Assembly (NCBI GenBank): GCA_013815345.1
Contig: JACDGK010000001.1
Coordinates: 3,076-67,075, forward strand
Direction: 5' to 3'
Source: Patescibacteria group bacterium
GTDB taxonomy: Bacteria; Patescibacteriota; Minisyncoccia; Phycocordibacterales; Phycocordibacteraceae
Length of the DNA: 64,000 nt
The notes under the pieces were generated by a model. It saw only the letters and a program-made list of their open reading frames with translations, did not search any database and was not told the DNA's origin. Numbering within the stretch: the first letter of the stretch is position 1; the number at the start of each line of letters is the position of its first letter. Positions 1 to 11,020 of the stretch are shown one piece after another. A program made the translations under genes and the position numbers.

Positions 1-737
1 AGACCGTCATTCGCACAATAGAATTCTGCACTTACATCACTGCTGCTATTGCTGAAAGGAGTGAATTCCTGTGGAAGAACTTCACGTAGTTTGATTTCCG
101 TGAGGTTACTAATGTCTACAGTGGTTGTTGCTACACCATTAGTACCTGTGAAGGTTGTATAGCCATGATTGTAGGGACCGGTAGCATCGCCGGGGCTTCG
201 TGGTGCATTCTGATTGCCCCATTCAAAATCCCAATTCTTATCGATTGCAAGATGGCAATCGTGATGAGTGGCTAGAAACGTAGGGACGGTTGATGCGTCA
301 GTGTTGTGAAACGATCCTCCTAGATTCGGAAGTGCTTCCTCGTCATTACACACAATGCTGCTCGCAATAATCGTTACCATGCTGCTGCTTGACGCAACGA
401 CTGAGGTAGGAGGAGTCGAAGTTGCAGGCGCTATTGGTGCGACTGGGTCAGTGGGTGCCGTAGGATCGGTTGGAGCAGTAGTGCTCGCAACTGGATCCGG
501 GGAAGTTACCTCCACCGGAGCAACCACGGGAGTAGGGGCTACGACTGGATCAGGAATAGCAACCGAAGAATCGGTACCCGAAGATACCTCAGTAGTTGAA
601 CCTGAATTTGTATGTCCCGCTTTAGCAAAAGCATAGTTTGGAACATTTGATACCATCATCCCGAGTAAAAGGATGCTGGCGGAAAGTAGTCCGAGACCTT
701 TGGTCAATCTCGGAAAGCGAGTCTGTAGATATTTCAT
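1..737 (-). CDS. Secreted/surface protein with signal peptide and Pro/Thr/Ala-rich linker (runs off the window start)
   Basis: ATG at 737; manual translation MKYLQTRFPRLTKGLGLLSASILLLGMMV...PTDPTAPTDPVAP..., open to position 1. Upstream TTGACT-17-TATGAC promoter-like sequence. Confidence 0.75.
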   Translation of the reverse strand, partial: MKYLQTRFPRLTKGLGLLSASILLLGMMVSNVPNYAFAKAGHTNSGSTTEVSSGTDSSVAIPDPVVAPTPVVAPVEVTSPDPVASTTAPTDPTAPTDPVAPIAPATSTPPTSVVASSSSMVTIIASSIVCNDEEALPNLGGSFHNTDASTVPTFLATHHDCHLAIDKNWDFEWGNQNAPRSPGDATGPYNHGYTTFTGTNGVATTTVDISNLTEIKLREVLPQEFTPFSNSSSDVSAEFYCANDG

Positions 738-930
738 GATAAATAAGTGATGCATCAAACTGATGCGACGATGAATAAGTAATAGTATTTCTGTGCCCGG
801 TAGCAGTGACTTCAGGATGCCCTGTCAGGAGTCTCTTCTATCCATATTTAGTCATACAGTTAAACTGTAAAAAAGTCAAGGCCCTGCTACCCTCTTCTTT
901 TAAAAATACCTTAATTTCATGAAGAATCGA

Positions 931-1857
931 TTAATTATCCCCCGCAACCAGCGTCGTCCCTAGTAAAGCGCTGATGCGCTCTGCGATAGGTGGATGGGTG
1001 GAAAAAAGCTTGTCGATCCAGTCCGTTGGCTTCGGTCCAAAAGGATCACCTATAAAAAGGTGCGCAGTCGCATGACTCGGTCTTTGCATTGGTGAGGAAT
1101 TTCCGATCTTTTGAAGCGCCGATGCCAATCCTTCCGGATAACGGGTGAGCAGCGCGCCTGAGGCGTCGGCAAGATATTCTCTGCGACGGGAAATTGCGAG
1201 CTCGATGAGCTTTGCTGCAAGAGGAGCAAGAACGATAGCAACGATACTAAAAACAAGAAGAAACATTCCTCCCCCACCGCGATCATCGCTGCGTCCACGC
1301 ATGCCTCCTCCCCAAAAAGAAATTCTCAAAAAGATGTCGGCGATGATGGCTACAAAACCAGCGAGCACTACCGCCACCGTCATGAGCAAGATGTCGCGAT
1401 TGCGAATGTGGGAGAGCTCGTGAGAAATAACCCCTTCGAGCTCGGGTCGAGTCATTATCCCCAAAAGGCCCGTGGTGGCGCAGACAACGGCATGTTTTTC
1501 GTCCCTCCCGGTAGAGAAGGCGTTCGGGGAAGGATCAATTATAACATAGAGCTTGGGCATGGGAATACCTGCTGTAATAGCGAGGTTTTCAGTCACTGTA
1601 TAGAAATCAAAGAATTCTTCCTTTGTTGCGGGTCGGGCATTCGTCATCGAGAGCACTTGTTTATCGGAGAACCAGTAGCTATAGAAATTCATCCCGATCG
1701 CAAAAGCGATTGCGACATACAGAATCGCTGAAGAATTGTAATAGTAGGAAACAGCAAAGCCGATCGCGATGACCACAACTAAAAAGCCGGTCATAAGAAA
1801 CGCAGTACGCCATATATTGCTGGATCGTTCTTGATATAAGGTTGGAGGATTTGCCAT
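931..1857 (-). CDS. htpX: M48 zinc metalloprotease HtpX
   Basis: HELSH zinc motif, PNAF, SRRREYLAD, STHPP, TM helices; near lemA. Confidence 0.95.
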   Translation of the reverse strand: MANPPTLYQERSSNIWRTAFLMTGFLVVVIAIGFAVSYYYNSSAILYVAIAFAIGMNFYSYWFSDKQVLSMTNARPATKEEFFDFYTVTENLAITAGIPMPKLYVIIDPSPNAFSTGRDEKHAVVCATTGLLGIMTRPELEGVISHELSHIRNRDILLMTVAVVLAGFVAIIADIFLRISFWGGGMRGRSDDRGGGGMFLLVFSIVAIVLAPLAAKLIELAISRRREYLADASGALLTRYPEGLASALQKIGNSSPMQRPSHATAHLFIGDPFGPKPTDWIDKLFSTHPPIAERISALLGTTLVAGDN

Positions 1858-1875
1858 AGTGATTTCAAAAATAAT

Positions 1876-2394
1876 TTACCGCGTAAGACGTTCGTTAACC
1901 AATGTTATTTCGTGATCGATACCTTGGATGAGTTCGTACTTCGAAATCTCCTCAACGGTTATCCACGCATACTCGGTCGCGTCATTGTCCAAAATTACTT
2001 CTCCGTCGATGTATTTACAATAAAAACTGAGAACAATGGCGGGCACACCATCGGGTCGAATGAACGCCACGTCGAGAAGATATTCGATGTTTTCGACTTC
2101 GAGTCCTACCTCTTCTTTGATCTCTCGCCGCAGAGCTTTCTCGACGGCGTTATACCATTGCGGACTCTCATCATTCTGGTGAGTTGCTTTAGTCTTGAGA
2201 TAATCGTCTACATTCAGACCTCCTCCGGGAATGGTCCATTTGTTTGGCCACGCTTTTTTATGCGGCGAACGTTTGGTGATGAGATAGGAATAGATTCCCT
2301 TTTCATCCTTCTTCCAGATAATTCCCGTGATCGCGATGCGATGCAACTCCTGATGAATTGGACTTGGCGCTGCGGATACAGGGGCCGTCGCCAT
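1876..2394 (-). CDS. NUDIX hydrolase
   Basis: WTIPGGG...ALRREIKEEVGL Nudix box with an insertion. Confidence 0.88.
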   Translation of the reverse strand: MATAPVSAAPSPIHQELHRIAITGIIWKKDEKGIYSYLITKRSPHKKAWPNKWTIPGGGLNVDDYLKTKATHQNDESPQWYNAVEKALRREIKEEVGLEVENIEYLLDVAFIRPDGVPAIVLSFYCKYIDGEVILDNDATEYAWITVEEISKYELIQGIDHEITLVNERLTR

Positions 2395-2401
2395 AGATAA
2401 T

Positions 2402-2962
2402 TTAGAAACTAACCTTTACTGGTTCCCTTGCTGCAGCATCGGTGTCACCCAATTCAAAGAGATCCATTTTGCCAATATGGAATGAGGAGGCAATGATATT
2501 TCCCGGGAACTGTTCGATAGCGATGTTGAGATCACGCACGTTACTATTGTAGAAGCGACGAGCAGCTTGAATTTTGTCCTCAGTATCGCCGAGCTGCTGC
2601 TGGAGTTGAAGGAAGTTCTGATTAGCTTTGAGATCAGGATAAGCTTCCGAAACAGCGAAGAGAGATTTGAGTGCCCCGGTAAGCATATTTTCTGCTTGAG
2701 CTTTGTCCGCAGTAGTGCCTGCTTGCATAGCCTGCGAGCGTGCTTTCGTTACATTTTCAAATACAGCGCTTTCGTGCGACGCATATCCTTTGACGGTCTC
2801 GACCAGATTAGGAATGAGATCATAGCGGCGCTTGAGCTGCACGTCGATGTCTGCCCATGCTTCTTTGGTGCGATTTACGCGCGAAATGAATCCGTTGTAT
2901 GACACTGCGATCCAGAGCAGGATGAGAACGACGAGTGCGATGATGACGTAAAGAATGATCAT
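2402..2962 (-). CDS. lemA: LemA family protein
   Basis: N-terminal TM, WADIDVQLKRRYDLIPNLVETVKGY, EAYPDLKA, ARRFYN. Confidence 0.96.
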   Translation of the reverse strand: MIILYVIIALVVLILLWIAVSYNGFISRVNRTKEAWADIDVQLKRRYDLIPNLVETVKGYASHESAVFENVTKARSQAMQAGTTADKAQAENMLTGALKSLFAVSEAYPDLKANQNFLQLQQQLGDTEDKIQAARRFYNSNVRDLNIAIEQFPGNIIASSFHIGKMDLFELGDTDAAAREPVKVSF

Positions 2963-2986
2963 AGGTGTGCGTTAGTGAGTGCCATA

Positions 2987-3034
2987 AGTATAGCACTTTT
3001 CTGGACTTGTCAATAGTTTGGAATGAGGTATAGT
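2987..3034. promoter_or_regulatory. Overlapping divergent sigma70-like promoters (lemA on -, small ORF on +)
   Basis: Minus strand: TTGACA-15-TATACT with extended TG. Plus strand: TTGTCA-16-TATAGT. Confidence 0.5.
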
Positions 3035-3055
3035 GTAGGTGGAAAGGAGGTCCCC

Positions 3056-3199
3056 ATGATCTTGAAAAATTGTTTCCGCGCTGCCACGGGAGTGCTCGGA
3101 CTTGCTCTCCTCGGCACCGTTGGGTTGTTTCTCTGCGCCCTCGCGCCGCTCTTGGTGAGCCGGGATGACCTGAGCGCTGCCGGCGTTCTGTGGAAATAG
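3056..3199 (+). CDS. 47-aa hydrophobic small protein (not in ORF track)
   Basis: AAGGAGG SD, ATG 3056, MILKNCFRAATGVLGLALLGTVGLFLCALAPLLVSRDDLSAAGVLWK*, own promoter and downstream hairpin. Confidence 0.65.
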   Translation: MILKNCFRAATGVLGLALLGTVGLFLCALAPLLVSRDDLSAAGVLWK

Positions 3200-3211
3200 A
3201 CTATCGCGCGA

Positions 3212-3247
3212 AAGCGCCGCGGCCCTTCGGGACCGCGGCGCTTCTTT
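3212..3247. terminator. Probable bidirectional intrinsic terminator
   Basis: AAGCGCCGCGGCCC-TTCG-GGACCGCGGCGCTT hairpin between the convergent small ORF and groEL. Confidence 0.8.
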
Positions 3248-3269
3248 CTATACTTACACCTGAAGGTTT

Positions 3270-4940
<1,671 letters not shown>

Positions 4941-5255
4941 CTATTTGGTAATGACTGCGAGAATGCTGGACTCAGAAAGGATATAGTACTCCTGCTCGTC
5001 TACTTTGACTTCGTCATAGCCATATTTTGAAAAGAGAACGGTTTGTCCGACCTTAACCCCCATTGCCACGAGCTTCCCGTCTTCGGTCTTGCCAGGTCCC
5101 ACGGCGACCACGGTGCCTTTTGCGGGGCGTTCTTTGTCTGCAGTGTCAGGGATGATGATACCGAACGTTGATGTTTTTTCATCATTCTTTGATGATGGCT
5201 TCACGACGACACGATCTCCAAGAGGTGAAATCGAAAGAGTGTCTGCTTTTGGCAT
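4941..5255 (-). CDS. groES: Co-chaperonin GroES
   Basis: PLGDRVVV, GIIIPDTA, AVGPG, VKVG; directly upstream of groEL. Confidence 0.98.
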   Translation of the reverse strand: MPKADTLSISPLGDRVVVKPSSKNDEKTSTFGIIIPDTADKERPAKGTVVAVGPGKTEDGKLVAMGVKVGQTVLFSKYGYDEVKVDEQEYYILSESSILAVITK

Positions 5256-5350
5256 AATTAAGAGATGAAATTACCGATCGTTTATAAAAATCGACGTGAA
5301 TGGCTACACGTGTGTACTATTTACCCCGGTTCGACACCGGTCGTATCTGC

Positions 5351-5379
5351 ATTATAGAGACCTAGAATAGTCCGGTCAA
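5351..5379 (-). promoter_or_regulatory. sigma70-like promoter of groESL
   Basis: TTGACC-17-TATAAT on the minus strand. Confidence 0.75.
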
Positions 5380-5411
5380 GGAATGGTCCAATCTTTCTAT
5401 TTTAGATACTT

Positions 5412-5451
5412 AAAAAAATAAAAAGTGCCACCCGAAGTCTGGGGCGGCACT
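5412..5451 (-). terminator. Intrinsic terminator after the receiver gene
   Basis: AGTGCCGCCCC...GGGTGGCACT hairpin followed by a T-run on the minus strand. Confidence 0.7.
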
Positions 5452-5455
5452 GAGT

Positions 5456-5842
5456 TCACACAAGATGAAGGCGGCAGGTCGACCGCAAAGAGGAGTTGAT
5501 CTCGTCGACTATTGAAAGAAGATTTGCTAGCCGCTCCGCCTTATCGACGAATTCTCCTCCAAGTTTCCGCACCTCCGGCCGATGTTCAGCGTTCCCGCTA
5601 AAAAGTATGATCTGAAGCTTCTCGTGCCTCACATCTGCCCGGATGCGACGTATTGCTTCGATTCCAGTGATCGCGGGCATATCGTTATCCGTGATCAGGA
5701 GATCGAATTTCTCACTCGAGTGGAGCGTATCGATTAGATCCTGCCCATTCTCCACCCCTTCCACTTCATATCCCCTATTCTGCAGGATTCGCCTTATGAG
5801 GTTTCTGAGATTGGTATCGTCATCGGAGATGAGTATTCTCAT
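5456..5842 (-). CDS. Single-domain CheY-like response regulator receiver
   Basis: ILISDDD, LITDNDMP (phospho-Asp), FSG, DK; GGAGG SD. Confidence 0.88.
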   Translation of the reverse strand: MRILISDDDTNLRNLIRRILQNRGYEVEGVENGQDLIDTLHSSEKFDLLITDNDMPAITGIEAIRRIRADVRHEKLQIILFSGNAEHRPEVRKLGGEFVDKAERLANLLSIVDEINSSLRSTCRLHLV

Positions 5843-5985
5843 TTTTCCTTCCTCCCTTACGTGACTTTACGAAGAGCCAGAGTAAATTTCCATCCTTACA
5901 ATGCCACAGCTACTCTATTTAGTAAAGCGAGGGTCTCAGCGGTTCTTGCTCGGCATAGAGTGCCGTGGTAAGGTTTTTCCTACAG

Positions 5986-6216
5986 ATGGAGACACTCAAG
6001 GCACTACTGCCCTACGCAGAAATAACACTCGCGCTCCTCCTCATCATCGGTGTCGTGCTCCAGCAGCGCGGCGCCGGCCTCGGAGGAGCCTTTGGTGGTG
6101 ACAATTTCGCCTCGACATTCTACAAACGACGCGGCGCAGAGAAATTCCTATTCAATGCAAGCATCGTGATTGCTGTCCTTTTCGTGGCGACGGCAATTGC
6201 CGGGTTTCTCATCTAA
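5986..6216 (+). CDS. secG: Preprotein translocase subunit SecG
   Basis: VVLQQRGAGLGGAFGG...RRGAEKFL, two TMs. Confidence 0.93.
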   Translation: METLKALLPYAEITLALLLIIGVVLQQRGAGLGGAFGGDNFASTFYKRRGAEKFLFNASIVIAVLFVATAIAGFLI

Positions 6217-6230
6217 TCCATCCAACCACC

Positions 6231-7955
6231 ATGAAGGAGCGCCTACAAAAGCTCCGCACTTTTCTCTTTGCGCGGCATTCCGTGCCGTTCTTCGCAGATT
6301 TTGCGGATTATTTGAGAGTATTGCCCCCCAGCGACCGATTCATTTTTGGTATTCTCGGTGTGCTTATTGCCGGGTTGAGTCTCATAAGCGTCTACGCGCT
6401 TGAGAAAAAAATTCTTATAACCGAACCGGTATATGGAGGGGGCCTCACCGAAGGAGTTGTCGGATCGCCTCGATTCATTAATCCCCTACTCGCGCTCTCT
6501 GATGCCGATCGGGATATTAGTGCGCTCACCTATGCAGGACTTATGGGCGAAGGTCCGGATGGCGCTCTTATTCCCGTACTCGCCGAAAGTTATATCGTAT
6601 CGCCTGATGGTAAGACGTATCAGTTCACCCTCCGAAATAATGCAAAATTTTCGGACGGCTCTCCCGTGACGGCAAACGATGTCGTCTTTACTATTCAGAA
6701 AGCGCAAGATCCTGCTTTGAAGAGTCCTGAGTACGCCAATTGGAGCAATGTCGCAGTTACCGCTATTGATTCACGTACCGTCCAGTTCACCTTATCTGCT
6801 CCGTACGCACCTTTTCTGGAAGATACGACGCTCGGTATATTGCCGGCGCATCTCTGGCGTACCGTAACCAATGATGAATTTCCTTTTTCAGACCTCGAAG
6901 TAAGGCCCGTCGGTGCAGGACCATTCATACCGAGAGAAATTGTGCGCAACAAGAATAATTCGATTACCAGCTATACGGTGACGAGCAATCCAAACTATCC
7001 TCTTGGCCGGCCGTATCTTGATTCTTTACACTTTGTATTTTTTGGAGATCAATCCTCGCTTCAAAATGCGGTCACTTCTCACGCCGTTGAGAGTGCCTCG
7101 GGGGTTACCGCTAAAAGGGTTGTCACTGCTCCGTATGCGCGCGTCTTTGCTGTATTCTTCAATCCAAAATCAGGTGACCTTTTTGCAAAGCAGCCTGCGC
7201 GGGAGGCGTTATCGGTTGCGGTAGATCGACAGGTGATCGTGAAAAATTTGCTTGGTGGCTATGCGACAGCGATTGCTGGCCCCGTGCCTCCAGGTCAAGG
7301 GGTGGTGAGTCTTCCAGTGCCCTCATCAGAAAATCGCATCGCGAGCTCCACAGCAATTCTTGAAAAGGGTGGGTGGAAACTCGATGCGGGCACGCATGAG
7401 TGGAAAAACGCTTCCGGGGAAACACTGTCGGTCACGCTTAAGACTGCGAACGTTCCCGAGTTGAAAAGGATTGCCGAAGCGGTACAAACTGACTGGAAAG
7501 AGCTGGGGATACCGACTTCACTGCAGCTCTATGAGTCGGGGGATCTCAATCAGAGCGTCATCCAGCCGCGTGCTTACCAGGCACTCCTTTTCGGCATGGT
7601 AGTAGGTAAAAGCGATGATCTGTATGATTTTTGGGATTCAAAAGAACAAGCGAGTCCCGGATTGAATCTCACCGCCTATAACAACCCTGCCGTAGATACC
7701 TTATTGACGAAGATTCGCGCGGAAACTGATCCTGCCACCCGAGTCAAAGATCTTTCAGAGGTGAATGCCTTGATCGCTGCCGATTATCCAGCGGCCTTTA
7801 TTGAATCCCCGGATTTTGTCTACGCCGTGCCAAATGATCTTAAAGGAGTTATACTGCCACAGATAACGTCGCCTGCGGACCGTTTCGCAAATGTCGAAAA
7901 CTGGTACCGACGCACTGAATCTGTGTGGCCATTTTTAGCCCGCAGTTCACGCTAA
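6231..7955 (+). CDS. Family 5 (OppA/DppA-like) ABC substrate-binding protein, membrane anchored
   Basis: LAESY..SPDGKTYQFTLR, FSDGSPVTANDVVFT, PVGAGPF. Confidence 0.9.
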   Translation: MKERLQKLRTFLFARHSVPFFADFADYLRVLPPSDRFIFGILGVLIAGLSLISVYALEKKILITEPVYGGGLTEGVVGSPRFINPLLALSDADRDISALTYAGLMGEGPDGALIPVLAESYIVSPDGKTYQFTLRNNAKFSDGSPVTANDVVFTIQKAQDPALKSPEYANWSNVAVTAIDSRTVQFTLSAPYAPFLEDTTLGILPAHLWRTVTNDEFPFSDLEVRPVGAGPFIPREIVRNKNNSITSYTVTSNPNYPLGRPYLDSLHFVFFGDQSSLQNAVTSHAVESASGVTAKRVVTAPYARVFAVFFNPKSGDLFAKQPAREALSVAVDRQVIVKNLLGGYATAIAGPVPPGQGVVSLPVPSSENRIASSTAILEKGGWKLDAGTHEWKNASGETLSVTLKTANVPELKRIAEAVQTDWKELGIPTSLQLYESGDLNQSVIQPRAYQALLFGMVVGKSDDLYDFWDSKEQASPGLNLTAYNNPAVDTLLTKIRAETDPATRVKDLSEVNALIAADYPAAFIESPDFVYAVPNDLKGVILPQITSPADRFANVENWYRRTESVWPFLARSSR

Positions 7956-8022
7956 TTCATAGCGCGTAAAAATACACGTGAATAAAATATTAAAAATTAG
8001 AATCTAACCTACTTACAACTCC

Positions 8023-10065
8023 ATGACTTCCGCACCAGCTCCGGCACCTGCCCCTGGCAACAATTCCCGCACCCCTCAAAATAATGAAGACCATACAATC
8101 TCGTCAGTGCATCCTTCTCGAAATGACAGCCGATCCCCGCGGCCGCCGATGCGCGGCGGGAGATCCGACGGCCCAGGCGGCAATCGCGGTCCGCGCGGAC
8201 CACGGCCTCCTTTCAGAAATAACGGTCCTCGACCACCCGCTTCTTCGAACGGACGCCCGGGAGGCGCACGCAGTACTAATTCATCCAGCCGTCCCGGACG
8301 CGTGAGCAGACAAATACAGCGAACGTTGCGGAGACTTCCAGCTCCCAACTCCGTCGCAAAGAAACTCGCTGATTATTTTCCTGACATCGCTCCGGACAAT
8401 GTCGTTCGTGTCATTCCCCTTGGCGGTGTCGAGGAAGTGGGACGCAACATGATTGCGGTAGAGACGCAAGGCGAGATATTTGTTTTTGACGCTGGTTTTC
8501 AATTTACCTCTGAAGACACTTCTCCCGGTGTCGACTATATTCTTCCAAATACAAAGTATCTTGAGCACAACGCTGACCGTGTAAAGGCGGTATTTATTAC
8601 GCACGGACACCTCGACCACATCGGTGCTATTCCATTTATCATGAACCGTTTCGGCAATCCACCGATTTACACGCAGAATCTTTCTGCAGTCATGATTCAG
8701 AAACGGCAAGAGGAATATCCCGACATGCCTGCACCAAATCTTGTCGTTGTCGAGCCAGGCTCAACGCACACCATTGGTAAGACCCGGGTGAAATTCTTCC
8801 CCGTCACTCACTCAATACCTGATTCGATGGGCATCGCCATCGAAACACCATATGGCAATGTCATCGCAACGGGCGACCTGAAGCTCGACCATGAAAATGG
8901 TATTCCAGTCGAACACGAGCAAAAGAAATGGGGCGAGCTTGGCGCTCAAAAGAACCTTATGTTCATTGCGGACTCAACCAATGCCGAACGCGATGGGTTC
9001 TCGATTCCCGAACGCCGTGTGACTGAGACACTCGAAGAGATCATCAAAACTGTCCAGGGTCGCCTTATCATCGGTACCTTCGCTTCGCAATTTGACCGCA
9101 TGGTGCATATCATCGAGAGCGCAGAAAAGTATGGCAAAAAGATCGTAACTGAAGGACGCTCGATAAAAACTAATCTCGAAATCGCTCAGCAAACCGGGCT
9201 TCTAAAGATCGACAAAGGCACGCTTATCAGTTCACAAGACATGGCCGACTACCCGCCGGATAAAATCGTTATTCTCGCAACGGGCGCGCAAGGTGAGGAA
9301 TTTGCAGCACTCATGCGCATCGCGACCAAACAGCACAAGTTCGTGCAGCTCACGCCCCGTGACACTATCGTGCTTTCATCCTCCGTTATCCCAGGCAACG
9401 AAATCTCCGTACAAAAACTCAAAGATAATCTGTATCGAAATGGCGTTACGCTCATTCATTACAAATCATCTGACGTGCACTCGACCGGGCATGGCAATAC
9501 AGGTGAGCTGGTCTGGATCAATAAGCAAGTAAATGCGACATTCTTCATGCCTGCCTATGGCTATTATTCTATGACTTCCTGTCATGCAAAAGCTGTGGAG
9601 CAATCAGGACGACCTCGTGAATCAATTATTCTTGCTGACAACGGCATGGTCATTGATATGATCGACGGTGAAAAGCTTTTCATTCATAAAGAGAAAGTAC
9701 CTTCTGCGCCACTCATCGTAGATGGCTTTGCTATCGGCGACATGCAGGAAGTGGTAATTCGTGATCGTCAGGCGCTTTCAAAGGATGGCATGTTCGTCAT
9801 TATCGCGACGGTGAATCTAAAGACTGGCAAACTTCGAAAGTCACCGGACATTATTTCCCGCGGATTCATTTACCTTCGTGAATCCCAAGAGCTCTTGAAC
9901 ACGGCACGACTTCTTATTAAGAAGACGGTTGAGGACTCGACGCGCAATATGAACCCCGTTGATCTCGACTTCGTAAAGAATGAGATCTCGGATGTGATGG
10001 CGGGATATCTTTTCCAAAAGACCAACAAGGCGCCGATGGTTATTCCGGTGCTGATCGGAGTGTAG
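8023..10065 (+). CDS. rnj: Ribonuclease J with disordered R/G/P-rich N-terminal extension
   Basis: PLGGVEEVGRN, THGHLDHIG, HSIPD, DSTNA, GAQGE, HSTGHG. Confidence 0.96.
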   Translation: MTSAPAPAPAPGNNSRTPQNNEDHTISSVHPSRNDSRSPRPPMRGGRSDGPGGNRGPRGPRPPFRNNGPRPPASSNGRPGGARSTNSSSRPGRVSRQIQRTLRRLPAPNSVAKKLADYFPDIAPDNVVRVIPLGGVEEVGRNMIAVETQGEIFVFDAGFQFTSEDTSPGVDYILPNTKYLEHNADRVKAVFITHGHLDHIGAIPFIMNRFGNPPIYTQNLSAVMIQKRQEEYPDMPAPNLVVVEPGSTHTIGKTRVKFFPVTHSIPDSMGIAIETPYGNVIATGDLKLDHENGIPVEHEQKKWGELGAQKNLMFIADSTNAERDGFSIPERRVTETLEEIIKTVQGRLIIGTFASQFDRMVHIIESAEKYGKKIVTEGRSIKTNLEIAQQTGLLKIDKGTLISSQDMADYPPDKIVILATGAQGEEFAALMRIATKQHKFVQLTPRDTIVLSSSVIPGNEISVQKLKDNLYRNGVTLIHYKSSDVHSTGHGNTGELVWINKQVNATFFMPAYGYYSMTSCHAKAVEQSGRPRESIILADNGMVIDMIDGEKLFIHKEKVPSAPLIVDGFAIGDMQEVVIRDRQALSKDGMFVIIATVNLKTGKLRKSPDIISRGFIYLRESQELLNTARLLIKKTVEDSTRNMNPVDLDFVKNEISDVMAGYLFQKTNKAPMVIPVLIGV

Positions 10066-10074
10066 TTGCGCGTC

Positions 10075-10173
10075 GCAGGCATAGCCATAAAAAGGTACGC
10101 ATAATTTTCTGCTGAAAATTTGCTCGCTCTCGCGCGGTCACGCTCCGAGAGCCCTTTTTATGGCTATGCCTGC
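10075..10173. repeat. Structured intergenic element with a perfect 21-bp terminal inverted repeat
   Basis: GCAGGCATAGCCATAAAAAGG (10075-10095) pairs with CCTTTTTATGGCTATGCCTGC (10153-10173) and encloses two hairpins. Confidence 0.8.
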
Positions 10174-10191
10174 TTCGCTCCCCTCGATATC

Positions 10192-11019
10192 CTAGTGCGG
10201 CAGTCGGAAGTGACTTCCATTCTTCTGTATTAAATGCTCACTCTCAAGTCTTTGGATTTGTATTTTTATTTGGTCCTTCCGGTCATGACCCAACAATCTA
10301 GAAAGTTGAGCCACAGTTTGAGGACCGGAAATAAGAGCTCTGAGAATTGCGCCGCGGACTTCTCGATTTGAACCCGCGAATGTTGATTGTTTTGTATAGG
10401 TGGTGCTTTTAGTATTGTTGCGAACTCCCGAACGTTTCAGGTGAGCGCCATAGTCCATGAGCGCGGAGTACCATTCGCGGGCATTTCCTTTCGGGAGTGC
10501 TTTCGCTAAAATCGCCAGAATATCTTTATCTGCGACTTCTTTCTGATCATGAAAAAAATGATGCGTGATGACCGTACGCACGTTTGTTTCGATACATACG
10601 ACATCTAAATTGTACGCGAAAGTGGCCACTGCTCGGGCCGTATAGGGACCGACCCCTCGTAACGATTCCAGCTCCTCGACCGAGTCAGGAAGTTTTCCTT
10701 TATATTCACTTACTATCTGTTTCGCTGCTTCATGCAGCATTTTTGCGCGACGATTGTACCCAAGCCCTTGCCACTCTTTTAGGACATCCCCGAGCGATGC
10801 TTTTGCGAGGGCATGAACCGTTGGAAATTTTTTGAGAAATTCTTTATAAAACGGCTTTACTCTATCAACTTGTGTCTGCTGCAGCATCACTTCAGACACC
10901 AAAATCTTATAGGGATCCGTTGTCTTCCGCCACGGCAAATCATGTCTCCCTTCTTTCTCATAGTATTTCCAGACGATTCGCTGAAAATCTCGAATGTTGC
11001 CAGAGGATCCTTTTACCAT
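10192..11019 (-). CDS. mutY: A/G-specific adenine glycosylase MutY (short form, no Fe-S Cys motif)
   Basis: LPWR, DPYKILVSEVMLQQTQV, WQGLGYNRRA, LRGVGPYTA. Start taken as ATG 11019 because the upstream part overlaps a structured repeat. Confidence 0.9.
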   Translation of the reverse strand: MVKGSSGNIRDFQRIVWKYYEKEGRHDLPWRKTTDPYKILVSEVMLQQTQVDRVKPFYKEFLKKFPTVHALAKASLGDVLKEWQGLGYNRRAKMLHEAAKQIVSEYKGKLPDSVEELESLRGVGPYTARAVATFAYNLDVVCIETNVRTVITHHFFHDQKEVADKDILAILAKALPKGNAREWYSALMDYGAHLKRSGVRNNTKSTTYTKQSTFAGSNREVRGAILRALISGPQTVAQLSRLLGHDRKDQIKIQIQRLESEHLIQKNGSHFRLPH

Positions 11020-11020
11020 G

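Noticed and set aside
355-636. 93-aa plus-strand ORF
   Set aside because: It is the antisense shadow of the Pro/Thr-rich minus-strand surface protein.
2975-3000. CIRCE-like GAGTGC/GCACT repeat
   Set aside because: Arm order and spacing do not match TTAGCACTC-N9-GAGTGCTAA, and none is found before groES.
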